This document shows, in pieces, positions 27,977 to 37,684 of a DNA stretch of 64,000 nucleotides. Source of the stretch: a phage. A model generated the notes under the pieces. The model was not told where the DNA came from. It saw nothing but the letters and a program-made list of their open reading frames with translations, and did not search any database. Numbering within the stretch: the stretch's first letter is position 1; each line of letters opens with the position of its first letter. The translations under genes and the position numbers were made by a program. Location: NCBI GenBank assembly GCA_025611195.1, contig GCA_025611195.1_4718.1; one strand, given 5' to 3'.

Positions 27977-30130
27977 TTATAACGTTTCGAAGTCTTTTGC
28001 CTTGATGACCGCGTTGAAGTTGGCAAGGAATTCCTTAAGTAATGCTTGGAAAACATCGCGGAACGCCGCGTTCGTCTTCAAGCTGGTTAAATAATCGTTC
28101 TTAAGGTAATCACTAAGCTTACCGATCTTCTGCATTGTCACGCCTTCATCGTTCTCTCCGGGTTCCTGGCTATTGATATTAGCCCACTTGATCCCTTCGA
28201 GATCGCCATCAGCAAGGAAGTTAGCTGGCGTCTCATCATCGTTAAGGATTTTGATCGTGTCGCTGGATTCAATACCACCGTAAGCTTCCAGAAGCTGGTT
28301 GACGGTCAACTTATTGACGTTGATTGAACCATTAGCACCATCGATACCGAGTCCGGTACCCGTGATAGACGTTGCTGAAAGATCGATTGGTCCGGTTAAC
28401 TTACCCCCATTGATAGGGAGCGCACCGACTTGTTCGGCTGTGTGCGTGTGATCTGCTAACGCCGCGAACGCTGCAATCGACTTGTAAGTCGAGTACGGTG
28501 TCATGTACGCCGTCTGGTTAGTCCTGTCAGCAGCTTGCACATCGGTGGCGACAGCAAAGTCCTGTACGTTCCCTAACCCCACTTGTACCTTGGTTACTTC
28601 ATGCGGGTTACTCTTATCGACAACGTGTGCTGCAAAACCATCACCTGCTAAAGCGATGATCGCTGCTTTTGTCGCAGCCGGTGTCATATAGCGGTTGGTC
28701 GCTACACCTGTTTGCGCTTCCACATCAGAAGCAACAGGGTAGTTCTCAACACTCCCCAACCCAACCTGGGTTTTCGTTACCCTGTGCGGGTTCTCGGTAT
28801 TTGCGATGTGGCTACTGAACCCTTGACCAGCCATTTGCTCGATCGCGTAACGAACAAGTATTGGTGTCATGTACTTGTTGTTAGCCTGACCGTCGATCGC
28901 TTCTTGGGTAGTAGCAACCCCAAAGTTCTGCACACTTCCCAGACCGACTTGGGCTTTTGTCACCCCATGCGGGTTATTGGTGTTACCGATATGTTCGGTT
29001 ACGGTTGGGGTGATTAACGCTGCGATAGCGGCGGCTGTGGTCGCAGGCGTCATGTATTTGTTGTTAGCAACACCCGCACCAGCTTCCCCATTAGACGCTA
29101 CACCATAGTTCTGTACGTCCCCCAGCCCTACCTGTGCTTTCGTAACAGCATGAGGGTTGTTATTATCCTCGGTATGGGTTGTTAACGTAGCGTTGACATG
29201 ATCGATGCGTGTACTTAAGCCGTCCGTGATTGCCTTGATTGCTGCTCGTACACCCGCTGGAGTCGTGTACAGATTAGTGGCTGTACCGGTAACGGTTGTA
29301 TTATCATCGGCTACACCGTAGTTCTCAACGTCTCCGAGTCCCACCTGGGCTTTGGTCACCTTGTGTGGGTTGTTGCGGTTACTGATGTGTGCGGCGGCAC
29401 TATCACCACTAAGGTTAGCGATCATCTTGCGCGTCATCGCCAACGTCATGTACAGATTTTCACCGACAGTTTCCAGATCGCTCTCAGTCGCTGTTGTGAA
29501 ATTCTGCACATTCCCTAAGCCCACCTGGGCTTTCGTAACGCCGTGGGGATTATCGCGTCGATTCTCATGCTGTACTAACGCAGTCATTGCTTTATTGAAC
29601 CCTTCTTCAAGCGGTTCTTTCAATGACTCGATTGCAGCCACCACATCGTCCCACGTCATTGTGTCGGTTTCGACATTATGTTGGTGGTTGATTGGTGGGA
29701 ATACAGAAGGAACGTCGGCAACCTTTTCCCAGAACGTAACACGAGGATCGTAAAGGTTGTTGGCTAAAACGTTAAGAATTTGTTGTTGATCAAGTGTAAA
29801 CTCACCCCCCAGTGAATAGTAGTTCAGTTGCAACTGTCCACTGAATGCGGTGTCCAACAGCATGATGGAACCGTATAATTCCAGGCCGGTCAGCGCAGCC
29901 ATGGCACGGAAGGGGTGAGTGCATAAAAAGTCAACGCCTTCTTCCAGATACGCGTTTGTTTCAGGGTTGTAGATCTTTAACCCATTACGAAAATAGGGTG
30001 CGTATTTAGGAACGAGAAAGTTAAATCCGGTCCCCGTGGAAGGACGGACAGTGACGAGTTCTTCTGGAACCCATGCGCCATCCAAATTCCCCTGCGGGTT
30101 ATACGGAAGGCGTTTAATTTCATCTGTCAT
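27977..30130 (-). CDS. tail fibre protein
   Basis: Six NPHxVTKAQVGLG(N/S/D)V(Q/E)N(F/Y) repeats; N-terminal region similar to that of the 22242..24290 fibre; no chaperone domain. Confidence 0.8.
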   Translation of the reverse strand: MTDEIKRLPYNPQGNLDGAWVPEELVTVRPSTGTGFNFLVPKYAPYFRNGLKIYNPETNAYLEEGVDFLCTHPFRAMAALTGLELYGSIMLLDTAFSGQLQLNYYSLGGEFTLDQQQILNVLANNLYDPRVTFWEKVADVPSVFPPINHQHNVETDTMTWDDVVAAIESLKEPLEEGFNKAMTALVQHENRRDNPHGVTKAQVGLGNVQNFTTATESDLETVGENLYMTLAMTRKMIANLSGDSAAAHISNRNNPHKVTKAQVGLGDVENYGVADDNTTVTGTATNLYTTPAGVRAAIKAITDGLSTRIDHVNATLTTHTEDNNNPHAVTKAQVGLGDVQNYGVASNGEAGAGVANNKYMTPATTAAAIAALITPTVTEHIGNTNNPHGVTKAQVGLGSVQNFGVATTQEAIDGQANNKYMTPILVRYAIEQMAGQGFSSHIANTENPHRVTKTQVGLGSVENYPVASDVEAQTGVATNRYMTPAATKAAIIALAGDGFAAHVVDKSNPHEVTKVQVGLGNVQDFAVATDVQAADRTNQTAYMTPYSTYKSIAAFAALADHTHTAEQVGALPINGGKLTGPIDLSATSITGTGLGIDGANGSINVNKLTVNQLLEAYGGIESSDTIKILNDDETPANFLADGDLEGIKWANINSQEPGENDEGVTMQKIGKLSDYLKNDYLTSLKTNAAFRDVFQALLKEFLANFNAVIKAKDFETL

Positions 30131-30162
30131 GATGCGCCCTTTACAAGTTGTTAGTAAGTGTG

Positions 30163-30180
30163 GGATACCCTGGGGTATCC
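30163..30180. promoter_or_regulatory. 18-bp palindrome GGATACCCTGGGGTATCC
   Basis: Between divergent starts of the fibre gene (30130) and 30235..31515; AATATTACTGTAAC lies 20 nt downstream. Confidence 0.3.
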
Positions 30181-30234
30181 TGTGTTAACAGCGGTAAAAT
30201 ATTACTGTAACTATAAAATAAGGGGGCCTCTCCC

Positions 30235-31515
30235 ATGTATACATTGGTAAAAACTTACGGATTACCCGTAGGTTCCGGCACGGCCTGGACAGCACTTGAG
30301 GCGGGTGAAAGTGTCCTGAGTACGTTGTTCTCAGCGTATCAAAAACTCAAGATCCAGGTTCATGAAAGCTATGCTGACCAGCAACAAGTTATTGATCTGT
30401 ACACATTTCAATCCGAGCTTCAAAACAGCAATGACACGCTCAATGCGTGGTTGAAAGCGAAATCGGATGCGCACACCAACCTTCGAGGACAGCCTGGTGA
30501 GCTGTCGATTAAAACCCACAAGCTTTATTGTCACGACGTTATTACCGTAGGCTTTCTCCCTAAAGTCGGTAATAGCGGTTATCATCCGAGCAACGCGATC
30601 CCTGAGTCGGAACGTACCGATATCCTGTTGACGAAAGCGGATACGAATTACGAAAATATCGGCAAACATTGCTTGTTCACCGTAGGCGGTTATGTTCATC
30701 CTCATGTTTACGGTAAAGACGTCGGTGTCTATATCCAGGGTGGGTTCGAGACAGCACAGCGTAGCCAAGAAAACGATATCGGCATGATTGATTTTAGTCG
30801 TATCGGGAGTTTGGAAATCCACGCTATCACAGAAGAGATGCTTGCTGATTCCACGAAGCTCTTGCCGTATAAGGACGAGATGTACTTACGGCTACCACGC
30901 AAGGTCGCCGAAGATGAAACCGTCGCGCTTGTGTTCGGGGGATATCTACACCTTCTTGACGATTGTTACACGATCGTTAGTGACACGACGGCAAAAATAA
31001 ACTGCAGAAACATGTTTCTGTATGAAAGATACTTCCGCTCCCGCAAATACCTTGATTTAACGTCTCTTGGTATTCTGTTGAACGAAGAAGACCCGCAGTC
31101 CGATATTGTTGCCAATCGTTTACTGTCTGATAAGACTTTAAAAGCATGGGTGACACACCCCTGCAGTTTCTGGGTGTATATCAAAGCAACATCGATTCAG
31201 GTTACACAAGAACCTTTACCACGAAGTGGTGTACCAGGACAATATTTCTTAGGTAAGAAACCGGAAGGACTGATTCGAGCTGACCTCGGTGAGTTACCGG
31301 CTTACGTGCAGACCTATGAAAAACCGTTATGGGTACTTCACTCACGCTGGGGACTTCGTAAGAACATGTTGTTTGAAAACACGTTGTACAAACATACACG
31401 CGTTAAGCGGCTTAACGATACACCTTATCTTCACCAGGTCTGGTTGGAAACGCACGCGACGTTGCAGACAGTACATAAGCTCGAATTGATCGATTCCAGT
31501 CAGAAAAACAAATAA
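30235..31515 (+). CDS. hypothetical protein in tail module
   Basis: 426-aa ORF, ATG with AAGGGGG upstream; only + gene within the tail module. Confidence 0.5.
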   Translation: MYTLVKTYGLPVGSGTAWTALEAGESVLSTLFSAYQKLKIQVHESYADQQQVIDLYTFQSELQNSNDTLNAWLKAKSDAHTNLRGQPGELSIKTHKLYCHDVITVGFLPKVGNSGYHPSNAIPESERTDILLTKADTNYENIGKHCLFTVGGYVHPHVYGKDVGVYIQGGFETAQRSQENDIGMIDFSRIGSLEIHAITEEMLADSTKLLPYKDEMYLRLPRKVAEDETVALVFGGYLHLLDDCYTIVSDTTAKINCRNMFLYERYFRSRKYLDLTSLGILLNEEDPQSDIVANRLLSDKTLKAWVTHPCSFWVYIKATSIQVTQEPLPRSGVPGQYFLGKKPEGLIRADLGELPAYVQTYEKPLWVLHSRWGLRKNMLFENTLYKHTRVKRLNDTPYLHQVWLETHATLQTVHKLELIDSSQKNK

Positions 31516-31525
31516 ACAAACATAA

Positions 31526-31557
31526 CCCTCCTCCAACCCATCAGGGAAGGAGGAGGG
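31526..31557. terminator. conserved two-tier GC hairpin (family copy)
   Basis: CCCTCCTCC/GGAGGAGGG stem, loop AACCCATCAGGGAA; between convergent genes. Confidence 0.45.
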
Positions 31558-31566
31558 AATATGTTG

Positions 31567-32472
31567 TTATGCCACGTATAACGTTAGATAACCGTCGATG
31601 AGCGTATTCATCACACTGAGTTGAAGTACAACAGCTTTACGAGCGTCTGTACGTACACCAAATGGTAGTGTTTTGAAATGCTCTGGATCGGCTATTACTT
31701 TCGCATTCTGCAAGTTGAGCGGTCCAGGTATTGACGACAATACCCAACGATCGTTGGCCGTAAGACCGTCGATCTCTTCAGAGAGACCCAATTGCAGTGC
31801 GTTCATTTCTGCGATTAATGCCTCCGATTGTGTATCACCTGAGGTTAACGTATACCCATCAGTAAGTGACGTTAGAACATCATCAGACATGAACCAGTTG
31901 TACGAAACAATAGCGCCTGGGAGTTTATCACTATCTCGATCGATGAGATAATTCAACCCAGCCAACATATTGTTGCGAATGAGGTTGTTGAGGTCGTTAT
32001 GTCCTGAAGTTAACTCAACAAGTAATTGACCAACCCATACTTGGTTACCAGGTTTAGGTGTTATCGCAACATGTATCGGTGATTTGGATTTATCCAGATC
32101 CGCGTCGACAATCTCGGTTTTATTGAGAAGGATACCGTACGTTGATGCTAAGACAGGTAATATCTCAGAGACCTTGGTCAGCGCGTCTAAGGTTTCGATC
32201 TCGATGGGCCAGCGGTGCTGGCCACCAGACCAAATACCCAGTTTACCAAGATCAACGCGGTTATAATAGATGTCGACAGAGTTCACCAGCCCTGAACCTG
32301 GTTGGGGATGCACAGTTAACTTGCTGTTACGCTTGTACCCTGTGCTTTCAGAAGCCTCACCGATAACCAGTTTATCCAGCGTTACGCCTCGAGCATCGAA
32401 ATCGCTATGCTTTCGAATCAGCCGAAAGAGGATTTCTTTCGATTCTAACCCTAGGATTTCACTGTACTCCAT
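31567..32472 (-). CDS. putative structural protein (paralog family)
   Basis: Motifs YYNRVDLGKL, NQVWVGQLLVELT and ANDRWVL...LNLQNAKV shared with 33389 and 34251 genes. Confidence 0.55.
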   Translation of the reverse strand: MEYSEILGLESKEILFRLIRKHSDFDARGVTLDKLVIGEASESTGYKRNSKLTVHPQPGSGLVNSVDIYYNRVDLGKLGIWSGGQHRWPIEIETLDALTKVSEILPVLASTYGILLNKTEIVDADLDKSKSPIHVAITPKPGNQVWVGQLLVELTSGHNDLNNLIRNNMLAGLNYLIDRDSDKLPGAIVSYNWFMSDDVLTSLTDGYTLTSGDTQSEALIAEMNALQLGLSEEIDGLTANDRWVLSSIPGPLNLQNAKVIADPEHFKTLPFGVRTDARKAVVLQLSVMNTLIDGYLTLYVA

Positions 32473-32487
32473 TTAACACCCCTTAGG

Positions 32488-33372
32488 TTACGGTAGGATT
32501 TCTGCGCCTGTCGGGCCTGCCTTACGAGCTTCCAACGCACCAAGGTCGTATTTCAACGTCAGCGTATCGTTGGTGGTAAATAGGTTGTGGTAAGTCGAAA
32601 TCAGATCGGTAACCTGTGCGCCTACGATTTCGTTCATGTCGAAGGTAGAACCTTGACCATCTTCAGCACGAACGATTTTGTCACCAGCAGAGACCATCCC
32701 AATTTCAGAAATAACCGCGTACTCTTCACCACCTTCGGTGAGTTTAGCCACATTGAGATATTCGTTAATATCCCATGGTGTCCAGACCAAAGAGACCTTA
32801 CAGCTATAATCGTAGTACTCTCCGGTCGCCACCAGAATTCCTGTTGTTGGAATATCCGGTCGGGGCGGGTTGAGGTTCTTGTCGGTTGGATGCCATTCGA
32901 TGGTCTGAGCAACACCATCGATGTACTTGGTATACCGCATGGAGCGGACAACGTTATCGAAATCGATACGACGACCGTAATAACAGATGTACTTTTTACC
33001 GTTTTCCAGCGTCTCAATACGACGTAACCCAAATTTAGCGCGTTCGTCTGTGGTCAAATCGTTACCAACTTCACGCATCACGAAAGGTTTGATTTTCCAT
33101 GGTGAAAGATCGCTTGCTTCGTGAGCGATCGGCATCGAGGAAGGGATGCCGTTAGCGTTGCGGATGAATTCGTGACCTTGGTTGCCGATACAGAAGTAAC
33201 GTACAGCAGGATTACCCTCGGGGTAAATCTTTGATTGAATCTGAAGCTTTTCGTTCAAGGTGCTGTGTTCTTCCCACGCATGAGGAAGACCGAGCGTAAG
33301 GTTCGTTTGTACTTGACCGCCGATAATCGTACGGACGATACGATCGGTAGCACGGATTTGTGTAGAAGCCAT
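32488..33372 (-). CDS. putative structural protein
   Basis: 294-aa ORF embedded between paralog-family genes; no recognised motif. Confidence 0.5.
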   Translation of the reverse strand: MASTQIRATDRIVRTIIGGQVQTNLTLGLPHAWEEHSTLNEKLQIQSKIYPEGNPAVRYFCIGNQGHEFIRNANGIPSSMPIAHEASDLSPWKIKPFVMREVGNDLTTDERAKFGLRRIETLENGKKYICYYGRRIDFDNVVRSMRYTKYIDGVAQTIEWHPTDKNLNPPRPDIPTTGILVATGEYYDYSCKVSLVWTPWDINEYLNVAKLTEGGEEYAVISEIGMVSAGDKIVRAEDGQGSTFDMNEIVGAQVTDLISTYHNLFTTNDTLTLKYDLGALEARKAGPTGAEILP

Positions 33373-33388
33373 GTCTTTTCCTATTTAA

Positions 33389-34240
33389 TCAGTTATATTG
33401 CATCAACAGGATACCGCCGTAGTTCGTGCAGTAATCTTGGCTAAGCGTAACGATAACAGCGTTAGCGAACGCAGGGTTAACAGGATAACCCTGTGCGATA
33501 AGTTCTGTTGTTTTACCGGTTGCGAGTACGGTAGCCCCGTAAAGGTTGTTTTCGTCTTCACGGCCGTTATAAACCCATGGGGTTGGTGCAACGTTGTTGA
33601 ATAAGCTGACCATTGCGCTTAGGTTACCACCAACCTTTAACCCGGCAAGATCGGAACGGATTGCCGTGCAGTCTATAGCGTAACTGTAGACCAATGCCTG
33701 GATACGATTTGCGGTGTAGTACGGGAAATTGAGACCGGTCATCACCGAAGTCTTCATCATCCCCGCAATATCGTGGGCACTATCGAGGAGGTAGAATGTA
33801 ACACTTCCCGTCCAAGCCAATCCGGTGTTTTTCAATTCTACGACATGAGGGAATGGGTATTCATCACCTCGTACAATCGGAGAATCGACGCAGCTATCCT
33901 GATCGATAACGATTCCGTACGTCGATTGGATCAGAGGGATAAGATCGTGCGTTGTTTTAACCCCGGCGTCGATAGCAAGCTTCGGTTCCATTCCCAAGAA
34001 GAAGTCTTGGATAGGGATACGATCGTACCACACGTAGCTGCTTTCACGGTATTGTGCTGGCGTTACTGTTGCCGAAGGCGATACCTTAGCGCGGGTGTTC
34101 CGTTTATACGCGTGGTTTCCGTTTTCAGCAGCATCCGTGATCTCAAGCGCATCGAAGTTAAAGTCGAAGTCAGGATTGGCTGCCTGAATAAGTTCGGCGA
34201 CCAGTACTTTAGGACTTTTGTTTAACAATTTCTGACTCAT
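33389..34240 (-). CDS. putative structural protein (paralog family)
   Basis: Motifs WYDRIPIQDFF, GLAWTGSVTFYLL and YCTNYGGILLMQYN. Confidence 0.55.
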   Translation of the reverse strand: MSQKLLNKSPKVLVAELIQAANPDFDFNFDALEITDAAENGNHAYKRNTRAKVSPSATVTPAQYRESSYVWYDRIPIQDFFLGMEPKLAIDAGVKTTHDLIPLIQSTYGIVIDQDSCVDSPIVRGDEYPFPHVVELKNTGLAWTGSVTFYLLDSAHDIAGMMKTSVMTGLNFPYYTANRIQALVYSYAIDCTAIRSDLAGLKVGGNLSAMVSLFNNVAPTPWVYNGREDENNLYGATVLATGKTTELIAQGYPVNPAFANAVIVTLSQDYCTNYGGILLMQYN

Positions 34241-34250
34241 TGTTTATTCC

Positions 34251-35198
34251 TTAGCCTTGTTCTTCTGGAGAACGACCCTGGAGGCTTGCGGTATGTCCGT
34301 CGACGTTGTAATAGAAAATCAATGGACCGCCGACAGCAGTACAGTAGTTTTCATCCAGACTGATCTCGATACCGTATTGGTAACCCGCTCGTGCTGGAAT
34401 ACGTCCGCCTAACTCGCCGTTGAAAGCCACTTTAGCGTTATACAGGTTATACGGTGCGATGTTGTCGTCTAATACCCAACGGTCGGCGGTCATTTCAGCC
34501 AGAAGATCGGCGACCACCACATCGCTAATGACTGTACCTGTTACCAGCGAAGCCAGCTGCTCACCGTAATCGGAAGTATTGCGACTGTAACTGTAGATCT
34601 CACCGCTAGCGCGTACGCCCTGTCCGAAGAACTTAAGACCATCAAGCTCTTTGATTGCGATAATATCATCAAGATTCGGTACACGCGATTTCATCAAGAT
34701 ACGAACACTTCCCGTCCAAGCCAGGCAACTAGATACGACACGGAGCAATTGTCCGTTAACGGTATCCCAGTTAAGTTCGTCGTTGACAATTTCTTCTGCG
34801 GTAAGGCCGAGACCGAAACGTTCTTTGATGATAGGCCAGATATCACGCATCTTGGTGGCATCTGGCGCATCGATAAGAATAGGTGCTACGTTACGTAGAT
34901 ACGCACCGATGTTAATACGATCGTAATACAGCGTCGTCGAACCTTCATAATCGTCTAACTCGGTAAGCTTAGCGGTTGCTGTTGCCGTAATCTGGGTATC
35001 ACGCTCGTAGGCGCTTTGGTTGGTGGTTGGTGTCCCTAAAACCAATAATTCAGGGGTTAGAACATGTTCTCCGTTCTGAGGTGGGTTATCGTGGTTGATA
35101 AGACCATACACGAGATCGGATGAGGGTAAAGAGACGTCGACCGGGTAAAGTTCGGTGTCGTCAATAGTTGTTACCGTATCACTCACGGTGACCTCCAC
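34251..35198 (-). CDS. putative structural protein (paralog family)
   Basis: Motifs YYDRINIGAYL, CLAWTGSVRILMK and YCTAVGGPLIFYYN; start is GTG at 35198, or GTG at 35186 which has GGAGG upstream. Confidence 0.5.
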   Translation of the reverse strand: MEVTVSDTVTTIDDTELYPVDVSLPSSDLVYGLINHDNPPQNGEHVLTPELLVLGTPTTNQSAYERDTQITATATAKLTELDDYEGSTTLYYDRINIGAYLRNVAPILIDAPDATKMRDIWPIIKERFGLGLTAEEIVNDELNWDTVNGQLLRVVSSCLAWTGSVRILMKSRVPNLDDIIAIKELDGLKFFGQGVRASGEIYSYSRNTSDYGEQLASLVTGTVISDVVVADLLAEMTADRWVLDDNIAPYNLYNAKVAFNGELGGRIPARAGYQYGIEISLDENYCTAVGGPLIFYYNVDGHTASLQGRSPEEQG

Positions 35199-35245
35199 GC
35201 CAGGAATTAATTAAAAAAGACTTTACGATTTGCTGCACTATCACG

Positions 35246-37657
35246 TTAAGCGTCCTCGATAGGCAAAGGTTTAACAATCAAACGATTGAGCGGATTCGAT
35301 AGACGCATACTGATAGGCTTATACGCAACATGATTCGTCTCACTTAGAACCGCTGACCTGAAACGACCATTCACCTGTTTGTAGATTGGTTCTATCCAAA
35401 GACCTCGAAGGTCATGTTTGCGGAAACGCTGTTCGAACGGTTTGATCGGGTTTATAGTCAGCCCATGCAACGACTCCGACAGTAAACGCTCACGAAGATC
35501 GCGTGGTGCCCGACCTGGGAACGGCGCAAGCCACAAACCATCGAGTGGGTTTTTACGGAAACGTAACGAGATAGGATCACTGACGACTTGTGCCCAATAT
35601 TGCGTACTGAATCGAACGGTTTGAGTATTCTCGTAACCGCTACAATCGCACCAGGTTGGTTTCGGAGGCGCTTCCAAACTTTCAACCGCTGATTCACGCC
35701 AGTTCGTCATCGGGTTGTTATCATGTACGAATTTGATAACTTCCGTAGCCTGGTTATCCGTATCGTGAACGTTTGCTTGCGCCCAGTCTTCCCACAGTTC
35801 TTCACTACCGCGTACTAAACTCGAACCAAGACGAACGGCGATTTTGTTTAGCGGCTTGATTGGATCGCTGTTGATTGTCTGGATAAAATGGATGGTGTAA
35901 CTGCTCAATGTCTTAAGCAGCTGCAGCATTCCGTATTGAATATCCTTAAGACTGGTGACATCTTCCAAATCTTGACCGGTGGCCTTTGTGAAGATATCGA
36001 GAGCTAGGATTCCCGCCTCTTCTTGACTGATTGCGTCAAGCTCCCAATCCATCGCTAAGAACCATTCCTTGTAAAGCTGACCGATACCGAAGTCGACACC
36101 AACATCCATGTAGAAATTTTCAACGATCGCTTCAGCCATGCCTCGAGCTTGATAATGTTCTTGGAGCTGGTACATGAACTGATGACGACGCCAGCCTTGG
36201 TAAATCTCGGTAACGACGTTGAGAAACTCTTCAGTACTGACGACCGCACGCAGCGTCACTTGCTTATCCAAACACCACCAGATCAGTTTATCGGGAATGA
36301 TAGCAGGATCGGTAATGCTGCGGAGATGGTCGAATGTCGGTAGCGTCAATACCCGGACATGGTTAGCATGTATCTTAGGTACTTCAATCAGCGTCATGCC
36401 CATCGAATAGTTAAGCAAGTACAAGAACAGCTTGTATGCATCTTTCATCGACATCGTCATGGTATCACCCGTCACCGGGTTGGTTGTCGTTAACCGTGAC
36501 TGATACATGCCTATTGCGCTAAGATGGATCCATTCATTCAGTAGGAAATCATACTTAGGATACAATTCACTGTCTGTAAGGTCTTCCGCTTCACTTTCCA
36601 ACACCTTGGTCGTTAAGGTGTTGTTGTCGTGCATCGACATCTTCTCTATTGTGCGGTTAAGCTCGGTATAATACTCTGCTTCGTTATCCCGCGCTAAAGG
36701 GAACTGTTGCTGCATCACGGTGGTGACCTTACGTCTTACCGTACCGTTGCCGACGATCTCTTGAAGGTTAAGCGGTTTACGCTCCATGTAAACTGTAGGT
36801 TTTAACGTCTGAGGTATCTCGGAAGCGTCTTGTTTGATCGAGAACGCACCGATTGGAATTCCACGTTCGGTTAATACCTTTTGAATGAGCTTATCGTAGT
36901 TTTCCGTTCTGCCCATGTTTCTTTCAACGTAAGCGATGTTACGATAGAACCAGAGCATTTGGGATTCGGTCATGTATCGCTCGAAACGATCGAGACCTTG
37001 ATGGCTTGCCAGATAACTCCAGATATGGAAGCTATGGGCATAATGGGTATGACAGTTTTCCCAACGAATACCTTTTATCATCTCAGGTATTTGTGTGAAT
37101 AGGATGGCGTATAACGCAGGCCAATGAAGCATATCGACGCTTTCATACGCCGGATGTTCCCAACGTCTAAAGTAGTCGTCGATTTCCTGCTGTAACCGTG
37201 GAATAAGGTTGGCCTCGCGCGATTCAACCTCTCGTGTATCGTACCAGAGAATCTCATGATTGCGTGCCGCAATTGCTTTCTCGATATCGATGGGGTTAAG
37301 GATACCCAAGATCAACATACGTTGTTCCGGGTACCGCGCAATTAAACGATTGAAATAATCTCCACCATACGCGTACTCCCTTGCCGTCATGCGGTGCCGT
37401 AACATGTTTTCCTTGGTGAACTCGATCTCTTCGAGCGTATCCAGGGAATTTACGGTCATCATTGTCTGACAAGGATGATACTCGCCAGCGAGATTCATGT
37501 AGTATAACCACGTGCGTGGGTCGTCCCCGACGGCCATCTGGTAGACTTCGGAAACCTTGAGGTTTAACCGTTCTGCCGTGATGTCGCTTTTAATAATCAG
37601 GGTGTCCGTTAGACGCTGCACGCTTTCCGAATAAAGCTGATAGTCAGTGTTGGACAC
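35246..37657 (-). CDS. large hypothetical protein with C-terminal RFRK...GLW repeats
   Basis: ORF 35246..37726 (TTG); GTG at 37657 has GGAGGA 6 nt upstream and avoids overlap with the divergent + gene; start uncertain. Confidence 0.5.
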   Translation of the reverse strand: MSNTDYQLYSESVQRLTDTLIIKSDITAERLNLKVSEVYQMAVGDDPRTWLYYMNLAGEYHPCQTMMTVNSLDTLEEIEFTKENMLRHRMTAREYAYGGDYFNRLIARYPEQRMLILGILNPIDIEKAIAARNHEILWYDTREVESREANLIPRLQQEIDDYFRRWEHPAYESVDMLHWPALYAILFTQIPEMIKGIRWENCHTHYAHSFHIWSYLASHQGLDRFERYMTESQMLWFYRNIAYVERNMGRTENYDKLIQKVLTERGIPIGAFSIKQDASEIPQTLKPTVYMERKPLNLQEIVGNGTVRRKVTTVMQQQFPLARDNEAEYYTELNRTIEKMSMHDNNTLTTKVLESEAEDLTDSELYPKYDFLLNEWIHLSAIGMYQSRLTTTNPVTGDTMTMSMKDAYKLFLYLLNYSMGMTLIEVPKIHANHVRVLTLPTFDHLRSITDPAIIPDKLIWWCLDKQVTLRAVVSTEEFLNVVTEIYQGWRRHQFMYQLQEHYQARGMAEAIVENFYMDVGVDFGIGQLYKEWFLAMDWELDAISQEEAGILALDIFTKATGQDLEDVTSLKDIQYGMLQLLKTLSSYTIHFIQTINSDPIKPLNKIAVRLGSSLVRGSEELWEDWAQANVHDTDNQATEVIKFVHDNNPMTNWRESAVESLEAPPKPTWCDCSGYENTQTVRFSTQYWAQVVSDPISLRFRKNPLDGLWLAPFPGRAPRDLRERLLSESLHGLTINPIKPFEQRFRKHDLRGLWIEPIYKQVNGRFRSAVLSETNHVAYKPISMRLSNPLNRLIVKPLPIEDA

Positions 37658-37684
37658 GATCGGTCCTCCAAGGAGCCAGTGTAA

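Noticed and set aside
32634-33032. 132-aa alternative-frame ORF and 146-aa antisense ORF inside gene 32488-33372
   Set aside because: Overlap a longer ORF that fits the operon spacing; no independent start signals.
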